DNA from: Naegleria gruberi
Taxonomy: Eukaryota
Assembly (NCBI GenBank): GCA_000004985.1
Contig: GG738856.1
Reading direction: 5' to 3' (one strand)
Length of the DNA stretch: 64,000 bases
Under the pieces are notes generated by a model. That model had not been told where the DNA came from. It did no database searches and was given only the letters and a program-made list of their open reading frames with translations. Shown here one piece after another: positions 52,400-63,876 of this stretch; position 1 is the stretch's first letter; every line of letters starts with the position of its first letter. The position numbers and the translations under genes are program-made.

Positions 52400-54600
52400 T
52401 TAAAGTTTACTTGGGGTGTGAGTTCTATTATTGTTATTATTGTTGGTGTTCTGAATATTTCTTTGAGGTAAGGAAGGCAGAGGTGAGATTGGTTTAAAGG
52501 AGTATACCTCTTTAAGGGTCTGGTTTGGAGTATTGTAAATATTATTCAACTCCCTCTTAATGTCACATTTTACATTCAATATACATCTCAATAAAGGCTC
52601 CAATTGATCGATTGGGATTGAGAAATTAATGCTCGGAATTAAAAGTGGTTGCACATGACCTGATGTTCTGTCAGTAAGCTTGTACTTGACATTGCTTGTC
52701 ACTAGACCTACTAATTGTCCTTTAGCATTGAAGATTCCTCCTCCGCTATTTCCATCATGAACGTGGGCTGTTGTACAGACCATAGCTCTCTTATTTCCTA
52801 TATAAACAACCTTGGATACAATACCCTTAGTAATTGTACATTGTTTTATAGATCTTGAGGTATTCAATGGTTGCATCAATGGAAATCCAACAACATAAAC
52901 GTCCTCTCCCTCTTGAACATCACTAGAACATGGCAAAATTCCACTCGTTTCGATTAAGTTTGATTGCACTAATTGGCAAACACTTGATTCATGAATTTTC
53001 AGCAAAGCAACATCAAGCTTGATTTGGATTAACATAAGAATAGTGAAAATCAACTTACTGGACCAGAGCTGCAATAAAGAATCAAATCTGCCTGATGGAA
53101 TTTATGACTCTTTTCGTTATCCCTCAAATCATAATCCAATTGAACAACGATTGAAAGGTGATCAGGTAAGAAAAAGGTGCCATCCTCCTTCTGTTGCATG
53201 AAAGGTGCCATCACATGTGAATTAGTCATTATATCTACAAGACTATTGTTAAAATAAATGCATTAATCATACTTACAACCAGTATGGGTCAATAAGATTC
53301 CAGTTGCCCAAGTATTATTAATTATTATGAGTGCAATCTTATTTCTGGTAATATTGTAAATATCATTTGATTTATCCATAACTGGAAGAATAATATTAGG
53401 TGATGTTCCAATAAATTTTTCTCTCAATAGTTTTACAAAAGGATCAATGGAAATTACAATATTCAATCCATTACTCGAGGATATAGAACGAACAGGTAAG
53501 GTACAAAACTAGAATCATTTCCATCAAATGTAAATATTATATAATAAACTTACTCCTACACACTTGGTTTGTGTAATTACTCTCGCAAAGACTGGAGCTC
53601 CTTCACTTCCTGGATGTATCTGACAATCTGTAATGATGGCCAAATTTTGAGAATTATTATTGTTATTAATCTTGTTACAAATAATTCCTTTTGTTAAATG
53701 ATTGGAAAGGGAATGAGGTGAAAGTAATCCGAAAGGAGATGAAACAATGAATAAATCATCTCCCTGTGAAAGAAAATCTCCATTATATTCCACATCTGGT
53801 ATGGAAACTGCATAGTTTTTCAAACTTTCACAGTTTTTAATCTTGAAAACAGCCATAGTTGATGGTGTAATCAGTGAAGAAGGTATTTCCACAGAATTAT
53901 TTGGCATTTGTTGGTCATCAAATTTAGAATGAGGTTCCTTGAATGAGGATTTAAGAGTATGTCCAACATTCTGATTTCCCTTCCTCACCAATGGATGGCC
54001 CCAATACCAACCTTGTAATTGATTAGTCATTTGATGAATATATTTATCAGTAGTAGTATGTGAAAATAATCCCATTAATTGAATATCCGACTTGACAAAT
54101 GAGCTCACTGAATTATGAGACAGTTTAAGATTAGGCACTTTTCCAAATCGTTTCACTTGTGAAGGAAGAATTTCATTAAATAACATATCTCCATTTGGTA
54201 GAGTAATAGTCACTTTACAATTTAATTTTGGTATAATTTCCACAATACTTCCTTCTTCACTCTGTTTTGAAATATTAGAAATAAACGGAGACAATAATGT
54301 TCCACTCGTAATGACAAAATATGTATTTTCCTCCTTATTAGATTTAATTACAAATCCACTGGATGAATAACTCAAACTCTCTCCGCCAGCATCAGTCATA
54401 TCAGCAAGAAAGAAGGGAATTTGAAGATGTGATTTAGTAGAATTCGGAGCACATTGTCCAGTCATACAAATCATCACTGAATCTCCAAAGGATTTTTCTC
54501 TAATTAATTGTGAAGATCCTTCTTCTCCTCCCGATCCGAAATTATTGTGATGAATAAATAAATCCATGTTAGTACTATCACCCGAAGATCCATTAATCAT
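52400..54600 (-). CDS. Tysnd1/Deg15-like peroxisomal trypsin-fold serine protease ending in PTS1 (SKL); exons 54600..53554, 53508..53277, 53234..53059, 53017..52400
   Basis: Spliced product has IMTNSHV (His), LDVALLKI (Asp) and DGNSGGGIF (Ser). The N-terminal second protease-like domain has HPGSEGAPVF. C-terminus is ...THTPSKL. Confidence 0.8.
53018..53058 (-). other. Intron (41 nt)
   Basis: GTAAGTTGATTTTCAC...AATCCAAATCAAG. Phase 0 junction GGT CCA|CTT GAT. Confidence 0.75.
53235..53276 (-). other. Intron (42 nt)
   Basis: GTAAGTATGATTAATG...AGTCTTGTAG. Phase 1 junction GGT T|AT ATA ATG ACT creates G-Y-IMTNSHV. Confidence 0.75.
53509..53553 (-). other. Intron (45 nt)
   Basis: GTAAGTTTATTATATAAT...ATGATTCTAG. 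Phase 0. Confidence 0.75.
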
Positions 54601-54706
54601 TTTTTTTTAATTTTATTTTTAAATAATAAGAATAGTGTAATGTTTATTGTGTTAACAATGACCAATGACCTCATCAAAAGTGATGTGACCTATCATTAGG
54701 TATAGT

Positions 54707-56170
54707 TTAATTATTTTTGTTATCTTTTTGTACTTCAGAAATGTGTTTCATTAATTTTTTGTTGTTTTCAGCCATTGCTTCAATAATATATTTGTTATTT
54801 TCAGTTATTGCCTCAATAAGTACTTCTGTAATTTTGTCAATAATGTATTTGTTATTTTCAGCCAGCAAATTTCTGTGTTCCAAATTTTGATCCTCATCTC
54901 TTTCGACTGCCTTACTTGAAAATAAAACGCTTGAACTAGAAATAGATGTTGTATCATCTTCATGAGCGGTCTCTGTTGCTAGAAGAACATCTTGAATTTG
55001 ATTGGTGTTTGGATTTACAATTTTCAAACCTGTGAGAGCTACTTGAATTGAATGGATAACATCTGTATCTTGTCCTTGAGTTGGGTTAGTGTTTGGATTT
55101 GCAACTTGTTGACAAGGCAAGCATTCGGTATCTTCAAGGTTAGCACCTGGAATCTTTTGTTTAACAGGTGGTTGCTTCTTGATTTCCTTCTTGCTCTTCT
55201 TTGGTTCTGTTTTAAGAGGTGTGCTTTGTTCTTGAATTGGGTTGTTTGCAATAGAAACTTGAACAGTTGAAAGAGCCTTACATTGCTTAATGGTAGGTTG
55301 TTTCTTGCTCTTCTTTGGCCCATACAAGACCTTTGCGGCATCTTGAAATTCCTTTCTTTTTGCTTTCTTGGTGTCGACAACAATTCTCTTTACCTTTTCA
55401 AAATCATCTTCTCTCATGTTCAAAATATCTGACACTGTTTCAACACCCTTACATAAATCCTGTTGAATCTCTTGATGCAATTCAAAAGAGTAAAAATCAA
55501 GTTCTCTCCTAATCTTGTTAAATAATGTAATGGAAATATGAGCCTTATTGTTGCTCTCTAGGAAGCACTTGGTGATCTGTTCTTGCAATGAAGAATTAAT
55601 ATTCCAATTGAAGTACAATAGGGCTCTAACAAGACAATATCTGGAAGACTTTGAGTAGCCTAACTTTCTAAATATTTCGTCTAATTCATCATTCTTTAAA
55701 TCAACAGAAGGTTCTTCCTTTACTCTATCAGCCTTCATTGTTTCTCTAATGCAATCCATAATCACTTGTTGTTCAACACGATCAGAGCCTAATTTAATAT
55801 AATCAAGATAGTTTCCGTTATAATTGGTGATGACCTTTGTTACTACATGGTTAACCTTAGGGATGTTTGAAACCTTCTTTGGGATTATGTTAATAAGAAG
55901 ATCCTTGAGTGCTGTGCTATCAGAAAGATAATCCATTAAAATCATAACCAGTTGAGAATTACTTTTAAGCAATTCTTTCATGGTAGAAGGTTTCTTCTCC
56001 AAATTCAAATAACGTTTCCAATCTGATTGTATTTGTTGAACAGAAAGCAATATCAATACAAGTTCCTTTGGAGGAGCATAAACATTGGAGGTGGTAGTGA
56101 GGTGGTTTATAACAATTTGAAGAAGATTATTCATCTCCTCAACTCTTGAAGTGTCTTTTTGTGCTAACAT
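54707..56170 (-). CDS. Hypothetical protein; possible UBA-like segment, K-rich middle, short C-terminal repeats
   Basis: 487-aa ORF. ELDEIFRKLGYSKSSRYCLVRALLYFNWNINSSLQE. Repeated ENNKYII and NPNTN units. Confidence 0.5.
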   Translation of the reverse strand: MLAQKDTSRVEEMNNLLQIVINHLTTTSNVYAPPKELVLILLSVQQIQSDWKRYLNLEKKPSTMKELLKSNSQLVMILMDYLSDSTALKDLLINIIPKKVSNIPKVNHVVTKVITNYNGNYLDYIKLGSDRVEQQVIMDCIRETMKADRVKEEPSVDLKNDELDEIFRKLGYSKSSRYCLVRALLYFNWNINSSLQEQITKCFLESNNKAHISITLFNKIRRELDFYSFELHQEIQQDLCKGVETVSDILNMREDDFEKVKRIVVDTKKAKRKEFQDAAKVLYGPKKSKKQPTIKQCKALSTVQVSIANNPIQEQSTPLKTEPKKSKKEIKKQPPVKQKIPGANLEDTECLPCQQVANPNTNPTQGQDTDVIHSIQVALTGLKIVNPNTNQIQDVLLATETAHEDDTTSISSSSVLFSSKAVERDEDQNLEHRNLLAENNKYIIDKITEVLIEAITENNKYIIEAMAENNKKLMKHISEVQKDNKNN

Positions 56171-56342
56171 TTTTTTTAGAGTTTGATCGTAAACATATAA
56201 GCCTTCCCTTAAGCTGCTTTGTTTTCAAAGTAAGCTGATAGAGTAGGATCCATAATTACTTCTCTATTCAAGTGAGGAAGATAATCTGTAATTGGAGCAA
56301 TATAGAAATTAAATCTCATTAGTTATTAATAATTGACAAAAT

Positions 56343-58121
56343 TTATTGGGAAGCAGTTGCAGTAGGTGGGGGTGATGATTGGTTCTTTCTTTCCTCCATA
56401 AATTGAACAATCTTGGAATAAACTGCTTTGGAATAGATGGCGGCACGACGAACAATTTCAGATCTAATTCTTTGAGTTTCAACAGTAGATCCACTCAACA
56501 TATCTCCATTTTCAATGAGTCTTCTAGCCAAGTATGGCATAACATCAGTAACACTACCAAATGGAACATATTTTCCAACATTATATCCGTGATAAACCAA
56601 AGCATGAGATAAATTATCACCCATACCATAAAGTTGAGCAAACATAACACGTGGATCCTTCTTTTCAAATCCATACTTTTCAGTTAACAATCTACTACTC
56701 ATTCCCAAAGTGTCTTGGTTGTGTGAACAAATGAGGACACCAATATTTCCTTCACTATATAAATTATCGAGACAAAATTCAACTCCTCTAACATAGTTGA
56801 CGTGAGTTTCCAACAGTGTTTGTTGGAAAGGATATGGTATACCCATTTCGTTAGATCTAATTGTTTCAGATTTCATATAAGCACCTCTAACGAGCTTTGA
56901 ACCATGATGTAATCCGTTTTGAGTTAAAAAGTGATAATCGAATTGTAATCTATGGAGAGCATCCTTAAGATACATTTGATAGGTATTATAAACAACTGGT
57001 GTTTGTCTATTCTTCAAAATTTCCTTATTATTATACTTGATGCTCATCATCATGTACAATTGATCAATTGCAGCTTGATAATAAGTTTGTTCAGCATCAA
57101 CCAACAAACTCATTCCATTCTTGACGCAAGCATCACAGAGCATTGTGAGTCTTTGAATAACTCTACCCAATTTTGTTAATTCAACTTGAGAGAGAGGTTC
57201 CGGCGGTGTGTTTTCATTCAAGTTAAATGCAACAGTTCTAGGATATTGCTTGACAGTATATTCTTTCATTAAATCAAAAGTGCTGACATCAGAGGCAATA
57301 TCTCCAAAGAAATAAATATTAGTATTGAGCAATTTCTTGGCATGTTCAGATTCTGGGAATAATTGAACATAACATAAAATCTTACTCAATCTTTCCAAAA
57401 GGATACAACTAGAGATACCAGTAACTTTTACAACACCAAATGGACAAGGCAGTGGCTCATTAATACCATCTCTCTTCATGGCTCTATTTTGTTCTCCCAT
57501 AAATTCAATTGATTCAGCAATTACTTTGCAAATAGAATCTTCAACAACTTCTGAGCTATCTACATTAATAACAGAAGTTTCCAATGGTTGAACTGGACCT
57601 TCAACACTATAATCCAAGATACAATGCATTTTTTTGTTTTGAGTTACATCCACAATGGCCTTTTTGGTTTTTGGTAAAGTTTCACCTCCACAGAAATATT
57701 GGAAATAAGAATATTTAACAGCTTGAGAAACAACAGGTCCTCCTTTCTCAAGAATTTCAGCACCAATAGTTCTAACACCTGGCAATCTGCAACTTGTTAA
57801 AGCAGTATAGGTTTTCAATAATTGCCATGATGAAACTTGGTCATAATAAAGTTCAACTTTGGAAAAATCAATAGAAGTATTTCCACTAGTCCATTTCTTT
57901 TCTTGAGTAGCAATTCCTCCATCTTGTTGATTATTAACAATAGTACTTGTGGAAATATCCTCTGTTGTTGCTGATGATGAAGTTGCTTCTTGTTGTTGCA
58001 AATTTGTTCCTCTCATCATTGCCGAGCAACAGAAATTTCTACTTGTTTGAGTAGTAATAATAGAATTGGTTATCTTGTTGCTAACAGAGGCAACAACTCC
58101 TCTTGAACATTTAGTTAACAT
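56343..58121 (-). CDS. PRODH: Proline dehydrogenase (proline oxidase), mitochondrial
   Basis: C-terminal hallmark FAQLYGMGDNLSHALVYHGYNVGKYVPFGSVTDVMPYLARRLIENGDMLSG. Upstream LVDAEQTYYQAAID and RGAYM. Confidence 0.9.
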   Translation of the reverse strand: MLTKCSRGVVASVSNKITNSIITTQTSRNFCCSAMMRGTNLQQQEATSSSATTEDISTSTIVNNQQDGGIATQEKKWTSGNTSIDFSKVELYYDQVSSWQLLKTYTALTSCRLPGVRTIGAEILEKGGPVVSQAVKYSYFQYFCGGETLPKTKKAIVDVTQNKKMHCILDYSVEGPVQPLETSVINVDSSEVVEDSICKVIAESIEFMGEQNRAMKRDGINEPLPCPFGVVKVTGISSCILLERLSKILCYVQLFPESEHAKKLLNTNIYFFGDIASDVSTFDLMKEYTVKQYPRTVAFNLNENTPPEPLSQVELTKLGRVIQRLTMLCDACVKNGMSLLVDAEQTYYQAAIDQLYMMMSIKYNNKEILKNRQTPVVYNTYQMYLKDALHRLQFDYHFLTQNGLHHGSKLVRGAYMKSETIRSNEMGIPYPFQQTLLETHVNYVRGVEFCLDNLYSEGNIGVLICSHNQDTLGMSSRLLTEKYGFEKKDPRVMFAQLYGMGDNLSHALVYHGYNVGKYVPFGSVTDVMPYLARRLIENGDMLSGSTVETQRIRSEIVRRAAIYSKAVYSKIVQFMEERKNQSSPPPTATASQ

Positions 58122-58678
58122 TTTTTATTGTGTGGTATGTTCGGGTTCAGGTGCAGCTGAAGAGGATGACACACTTGGATTTTTCGTTGGAGGTGATAAT
58201 AGAGTTGGAGAAATTTGCTTGGGAAACGGTTTTCTTCTGTATGTTGGCAAGCAAAGGTTTGAAGACTATTTGGAGGCTGGTTGTTCGTGTTTGGCGAAAT
58301 TCGCGCAATTCCACCATACACAACCCGCACAATCCGGAGAACAAGATAATTGGAATGATGATTACAATGATGTTGTTTTGAGGTCTTTTAAGGAAGAGTA
58401 TTGTTTTACTTTATTTGAGAATGTGTGGTAAAAGGGAAATTATTGTTAAATGGAAAGAGAAACAATCTGGCAAAAGTTACCTCAAATGTGCAATTCTTAA
58501 TTCTTCTTTAAAAAAACAATTTCAAATAGATTAAGAAATTATTTTGGTTTCTCCCAGTTTAATTCTGATGCAAATCTCAATTGTCTTCATCATTCAATAA
58601 TTATTTTAATAATTTAAATATCATAATTATTTGCGGGAATGAAAAATACCACAAGAAGTTTTTTGATTTAAAAAAAAC

Positions 58679-59893
58679 ATGTTAACAATGCATCACTGTG
58701 TAGCACCAAAACTCGGTCGTTTGGTTTCCGATTCTAGAAATTCAATCAAATTGACATTCCGAACACTATCTCTTCTCCAACAACAACAACAACAAGGAAG
58801 AAGAAATTTTTCATCATCAATTTTGCTGAATAATAAGAGTTTTACTAATCAATTAATTATTCAAAAGATGGGTGCCATCACACCACAAATGAAAAACAAG
58901 ATGGCAAAAAAGACTAGAGTGAATAGGGAAAATCATGAATTAATTAGTGAAATGGATAATTTAGTATTGAAGGATGATTCACCTATTCTTGCTCAGTCGG
59001 ATGTTTTGAAAAAAGAATTGGTTGAATTTGTTGCAAATTCTCAAGTTAAAACAGGTTCCGAAATTATTGAACATACAGCCAATCGTCAACATTACTTTAC
59101 ACAACAAGAAATTGCCAAAATTCATGGCGTTTACAAGAATAGTGTGTTCTTCAAACATACTAAAATTAGTTTGGAAAAATACTTTTTAAATTATAATGTA
59201 CTTGTACACAAATCTAAGGAACAAAATGATTTATATTATATTGGACATCAATTATTGAAATATATACTTACTAAATATTTTAATGAAAACCTTTCGTTAG
59301 TTCAAGAATTGATGGCTGAAGGTAAAACTCTCAACATTATCAATGACAAGATTACAAAAGATTTCCAAATTAAGGAACATTTACTTGAATATTTCTTGAA
59401 TAATAATCAATTATTCTACATTTATATTCAACAAAATAACTTGAAGGAATTAGAGCCACTCTTAAAAGATATCAGTTTTACTTCGAACGATTTTATTAAC
59501 AAGTCTGCACACGAGAGAATATTCAAGGCGATTATTGGTAATATTTACATGAATATTGAATCTTTTGATATTATGATGAATCATGTTTTATATCCTTTCA
59601 TTGTTAAGGAATTTATACCTAGATTTACAGAGCTGACCGAAAGCAATCTAGCTCAAATTTCTACAAAGAAAGCGTTTGAGAAACAAATGACAATCGTTGA
59701 GCAATTTGAATACTTCCACATGAGACAATTTAAAACACTCCCAACCTATTCATCCTTAACAAACAGCTTTGAACAAACTCAAATGGTACAAATCTATTCC
59801 TCAGACCAACAACTTTTGTCAATTGGTTATGGAATTGATTACAAGACAGCTAAAGAAGATGCAGCAAGAAGAGCTATTTTACATTTTTGTTAA
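58679..59893 (+). CDS. Degenerate RNase III-like plus dsRBD protein; putative mitoribosomal mL44-type
   Basis: Presequence-like N-terminus. C-terminal dsRBD-like LPTYSSL...LLSIGYGIDYKTAKEDAARRAILHF. The RNase III signature is not conserved (LYYIGHQLLKYILTKY). Confidence 0.5.
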   Translation: MLTMHHCVAPKLGRLVSDSRNSIKLTFRTLSLLQQQQQQGRRNFSSSILLNNKSFTNQLIIQKMGAITPQMKNKMAKKTRVNRENHELISEMDNLVLKDDSPILAQSDVLKKELVEFVANSQVKTGSEIIEHTANRQHYFTQQEIAKIHGVYKNSVFFKHTKISLEKYFLNYNVLVHKSKEQNDLYYIGHQLLKYILTKYFNENLSLVQELMAEGKTLNIINDKITKDFQIKEHLLEYFLNNNQLFYIYIQQNNLKELEPLLKDISFTSNDFINKSAHERIFKAIIGNIYMNIESFDIMMNHVLYPFIVKEFIPRFTELTESNLAQISTKKAFEKQMTIVEQFEYFHMRQFKTLPTYSSLTNSFEQTQMVQIYSSDQQLLSIGYGIDYKTAKEDAARRAILHFC

Positions 59894-59923
59894 ATAAAAT
59901 TTAGTTGTGAAATATATATAAAG

Positions 59924-60887
59924 TTACAAGAAGTACATTGCCTTATTGGATGGTTGTATGTTATGGTCAATAGGAACTTCCTTAAAGCTCTTAAATTCTC
60001 TGCCCAAGTTATCATCAAAAGCTAAAATACTGGCCATGTTACCGCAACGATAACAATAGTTTGGAGCTGACCAAACTGTAACCAAGTTTTGTTCTGGGAA
60101 ATGATACTTGTATCCTTCTTGCACCAATTGATGCGCACGACAAATAAGTTCAAGATTGTTCAAATGATTGAATTCAGATGTGACACGACTTCCAAACAAC
60201 CAACCAGCACCACGAGGAGAAACAGCCCAAGTTTCAATATTTTCTGGATCAGACCACATGACATCACAGAATGGACCTTCATGTGGAATTTCTTGTCTAC
60301 GATCAATAGTTCTCATTTGATCCAAAGTACGAATATCGGGAGACAAACCTCCGTGAACACACAAAACTCTTCCATCAATAACAGCAGCAACATTGAAACA
60401 GTCAAAAACTTCACAACAATATTTCCAAGCGTTAGCATTACCATATTTACGTTGACATTCATCATAGAAACCATAGATTTGAGTAATTTGACGAGATTCG
60501 TGATTACCTATTAATAATAAGAAAACGGAATTAATATTCAAACAATATAAAATACATACCACGCAATAAAGTCATACGTTCTGGATATCTGGCCTTCAAG
60601 AGCATCAAATAAGTCAAAGTTTCCAAGCTGTTGTATCCTCTATCAACAAAATCTCCCATGAATATATATCTAGTATCTGGCAATTCACCACCTGTCTTGA
60701 ACAACTCTAACAAGTCGTGGAATTGACCGTGGATATCACCACATACTGTTACAGGGGATGAAACAGGTTGTACGTTAGATTCTTCAATCAAGATGGACTT
60801 GACCATATTACATAATTTCTTCAAATCTTGTTCAGGTAAATAATCGCACTTCTTTACCTTCTCTATCCATTGATCCAATTCAGCCAT
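59924..60887 (-). CDS. PPP6C: Ser/Thr protein phosphatase PP6 catalytic subunit (PPP6C/Sit4-type); exons 60887..60560 and 60507..59924
   Basis: GDIHGQF, GDFVDRG, LLRG|NHE (restored by splicing), [15 protein letters not shown]-terminal YFL. PP6-specific matches: [40 protein letters not shown]. Confidence 0.9.
60508..60559 (-). other. Intron (52 nt)
   Basis: GTATGTATTTTATATTG...CTTATTATTAATAG. Phase 1 junction CGT G|GT AAT CAC restores RGNHE. Confidence 0.9.
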
Positions 60888-61437
60888 TTTATATATATAT
60901 TGTTGGAGAATCTAAATATTGAATATATTCAAACAATGATGATGAGAGAGCAATAACACAATACAAAGCGGTTAAAAATCAGCAAGAAAAAAAAAAGAAT
61001 ACGCACACTGAATGCTCGGTATTTTTTTCAACTATTTTTAAAAAAATATTAAAATCAAAAAGCTCCTTTGTATCATAACTGCAAAATAAAGCCTTTTGGG
61101 AGGCAATAATATTTGTTGTTTCGAAGAGTTATTTTGAGAGGAGAACTTGGATATCGATGATAATGAATATTATTAAGAATCTTACTTGAGGAGATTACGT
61201 GGAGAGTTGTAATTAATCTAAAAAGAAACTCTTTCTCAATCTTGATGTTTGTGGCGTGATATTCTCAACCAATTATCTTTGAGAAACACCGAGAGAAATA
61301 GTTGTACTGGTAACATTATTGTAATAGTGGTAGAATAAGCGTGTCCAACATACCATCGCTGATTTTTCACCAATCAAAAAAACGATCCAACATCTAATCA
61401 TCATTGCACTACTTGCAGTTATTTATTAACACAAAAC

Positions 61438-62330
61438 ATGAACAGGGAAAAGGTTGTGGTTCTTCTTGATGAAAAAAAGTTTATGCATCGTGATGATAGA
61501 TTGATCATTCTTTTACGTCATGTTTTGAGAACACCAACCTACTCATTGAAAGATATTATTGGGAATAGATTACCGAATGCATCTAATTTTTTCCAATATC
61601 CTTGTGATGTTGTTATTGATGAGAGGAGATCATTATTATTTGTTAGTGATTGTGGAGAGTTAAATATTCAAGTTTTTGATTTACACTCTAGGGAGTTAAT
61701 GTATAATATCAAAACAGTTGATAGACCAAGATTTATGGCAATGTATTGTGACTCCTTGATATTTAGTTCCGAAGACGGATTTGTTTATAGATTCGATCTA
61801 GAAACTCGTAGTGAAATTTGGAAATCTTCTGGAAAAATGTCAAATCCTTGTGGAGTTATTGTTGATGAAATGAGAGGATTAGTTTTTGTTTGTGAATGTG
61901 GAGGTAATACCATCCAAACTCTTTCGGCCGAAACCGGAAAAGTGAGATCAATACTTGTTCTGACTCCTAAAAGGCCTACTCTTTTCTACAATAATGATAA
62001 TATTCCTTCAGTGAGCAATCCCTATGGTATTGCATTCAGTTTGGATAGAAATTATTTTGTAGTTTCTTCAGTTGTTAATGCAAAAATTTACTTGGTTGAT
62101 AAAAAGGGAAAAATTGTGCATTCCTTTGGAGAACACGGCTCAAAACCAAATCAATTCAATTTTCCATCCAGCTTGGAGGTTTCCTTAAATCATTTGGAAA
62201 CCAAGCTCCTCTATACAGCAAAGAAGCACTTTACCAGCCAAGAGGATTGTCTATCGATCATGCAACTGGTGATCTTTACGTAACTGATTATGGACAGGAT
62301 AGAATTTGTGTTTACTCTCAATTCAACTGA
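61438..62330 (+). CDS. NHL-repeat protein with a frame discontinuity near 62170-62220
   Basis: NHL-like blades (PCGVIVDEMRGLVFVCECGGNTIQ; NPYGIAFSLDRNYFVV). The last blade, EALYQPRGLSIDHATGDLYVTDYGQDRICVYSQFN, is in another frame ending at the TGA at 62328-62330. The only GT donors in that interval (62116, 62179) are phase 0 and no AG acceptor gives the phase needed to reach the alternate frame. Confidence 0.55.
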
Positions 62331-62633
62331 GTTTCTGCATGGCATTTATTACTTGTTGATATTTCATAAAAGCGATTAAGATTCAACAAAGAGTCTACCA
62401 AATCAATGAGTTATTGAGAATAGTATTTAAGTAGGAAATTGTGAAACTCAGTAAGGCAATTGTTTAGTTGTACATCATACTATTAAATACACTTCTTTTA
62501 TAGAGTTGACACACGTTGATTGAATGGAGTACAATGCTAATAGCACAACAAGTATCTCTAATGTTTTGTCAAAGCTTGTCATACTATTTTAGAAGTATTC
62601 TGCTTTAGCTTCAAATTTGCTTTAATAAAAAGA

Positions 62634-63876
62634 ATGTCATCATTAGCAAGATTAATTTCAGACCATGTAAACTTGATAGAAAGTCTTTCATCATCGAATT
62701 TATCTTTATTGGATTTTGAGAATACTGATACGAATATCACCCTTGCAGAGTTGGACCCTCTTTATCAATCAATTGTTGGAATAGTACTTTCGTCCATTTT
62801 CTTTGTTTTTTTCAATATCTTGATAATAATTGTTTCGACCACGTTAATTAGACCAAAAGCAAGAAACGAAATGAAACGAAACCAATTCATTATGGTTGCA
62901 ATGGTCTCTGTCTTATCCCTAATTCAATGTTCAGGAATTATTTCAAGGATTTTTTGTGACCTCCTAAATATTATAATCGTTTCTCAATACCAGGACTTTG
63001 TGTCAGCAAATTATTTGCCAGAATCTCAAGAGTTTATTGACACTTTTCAAAACATTAATTGCTCACTGACAACAACACAGACTGGGATTAAATTCTCTTA
63101 CCTCATCTCAATGCATGTCTTTGATTCTTTCGAATGTTTCTTCATTGGAATGAATTTATTGATGATGGTTCTGATAATGAGCTTTGTTGGAAATGTTTTC
63201 CTTGAAACTGTAAAGCAAGCTGGGAGTAGGAAGGACTGGAATTTACGTTCCACAAGATGGTTGATGATAATTCTCAATTCCTTCACATGTTTGTTTTGTG
63301 GTTCGTTTGGGGCAATTATTATGGCAGTGTCTGTTATTTATTTCTTCATCAAGATGGGAATGTTGGAGAATTTTGAGTTTATTCTATTTCTAATAGGATA
63401 TATTATTTACTTTCTTCAAATTTTTATTCACACAATTATTTCAATTGTAAGTTTCTAATTCAGTTATTCTAATCCTTTGACATTTGCAATAGATTGTTGC
63501 ATTTAAGGTTTTACAAACAATCAAAACTCAAACATCTCAACAAAACAAGCAACAAACCCAACGACCAATCATTAAGATCATTTCTCTTCAAATTGCATTA
63601 ATAGCTGCAGCTTTATCTCAAATCATTGCCTTGGCATGTATAACGGTTGTGGATTATTGGAGTTACATGTCTATATTTTACAATTTCAGCAATTCTATTG
63701 GAATTTTCTTATTTGGAATTGTCACCATTCTACTCTATCATCCAATTTTCACAGATTCTGTAAAATTTGTGAATGATTTGCCCAATTCTATTCAACCAAT
63801 TGGTTCAAGAGTGAAAAGAAATAGTCTCTTTAAAAAACAACCACAAATTATTGACAATTCATCCATTGTTGTTTAA
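62634..63876 (+). CDS. Seven-transmembrane (GPCR-like) orphan membrane protein; exons 62634..63446 and 63493..63876
   Basis: Seven hydrophobic segments after splicing, for example IVGIVLSSIFFVFFNILIIIV, FIMVAMVSVLSLIQ and IGIFLFGIVTILLY. Basic loop before TM6. Confidence 0.55.
63447..63492 (+). other. Intron (46 nt)
   Basis: GTAAGTTTCTAATTC...ATTTGCAATAG. Phase 0. Exon 2 is in frame with ORF 63631, whose track start is a TTG. Confidence 0.8.
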
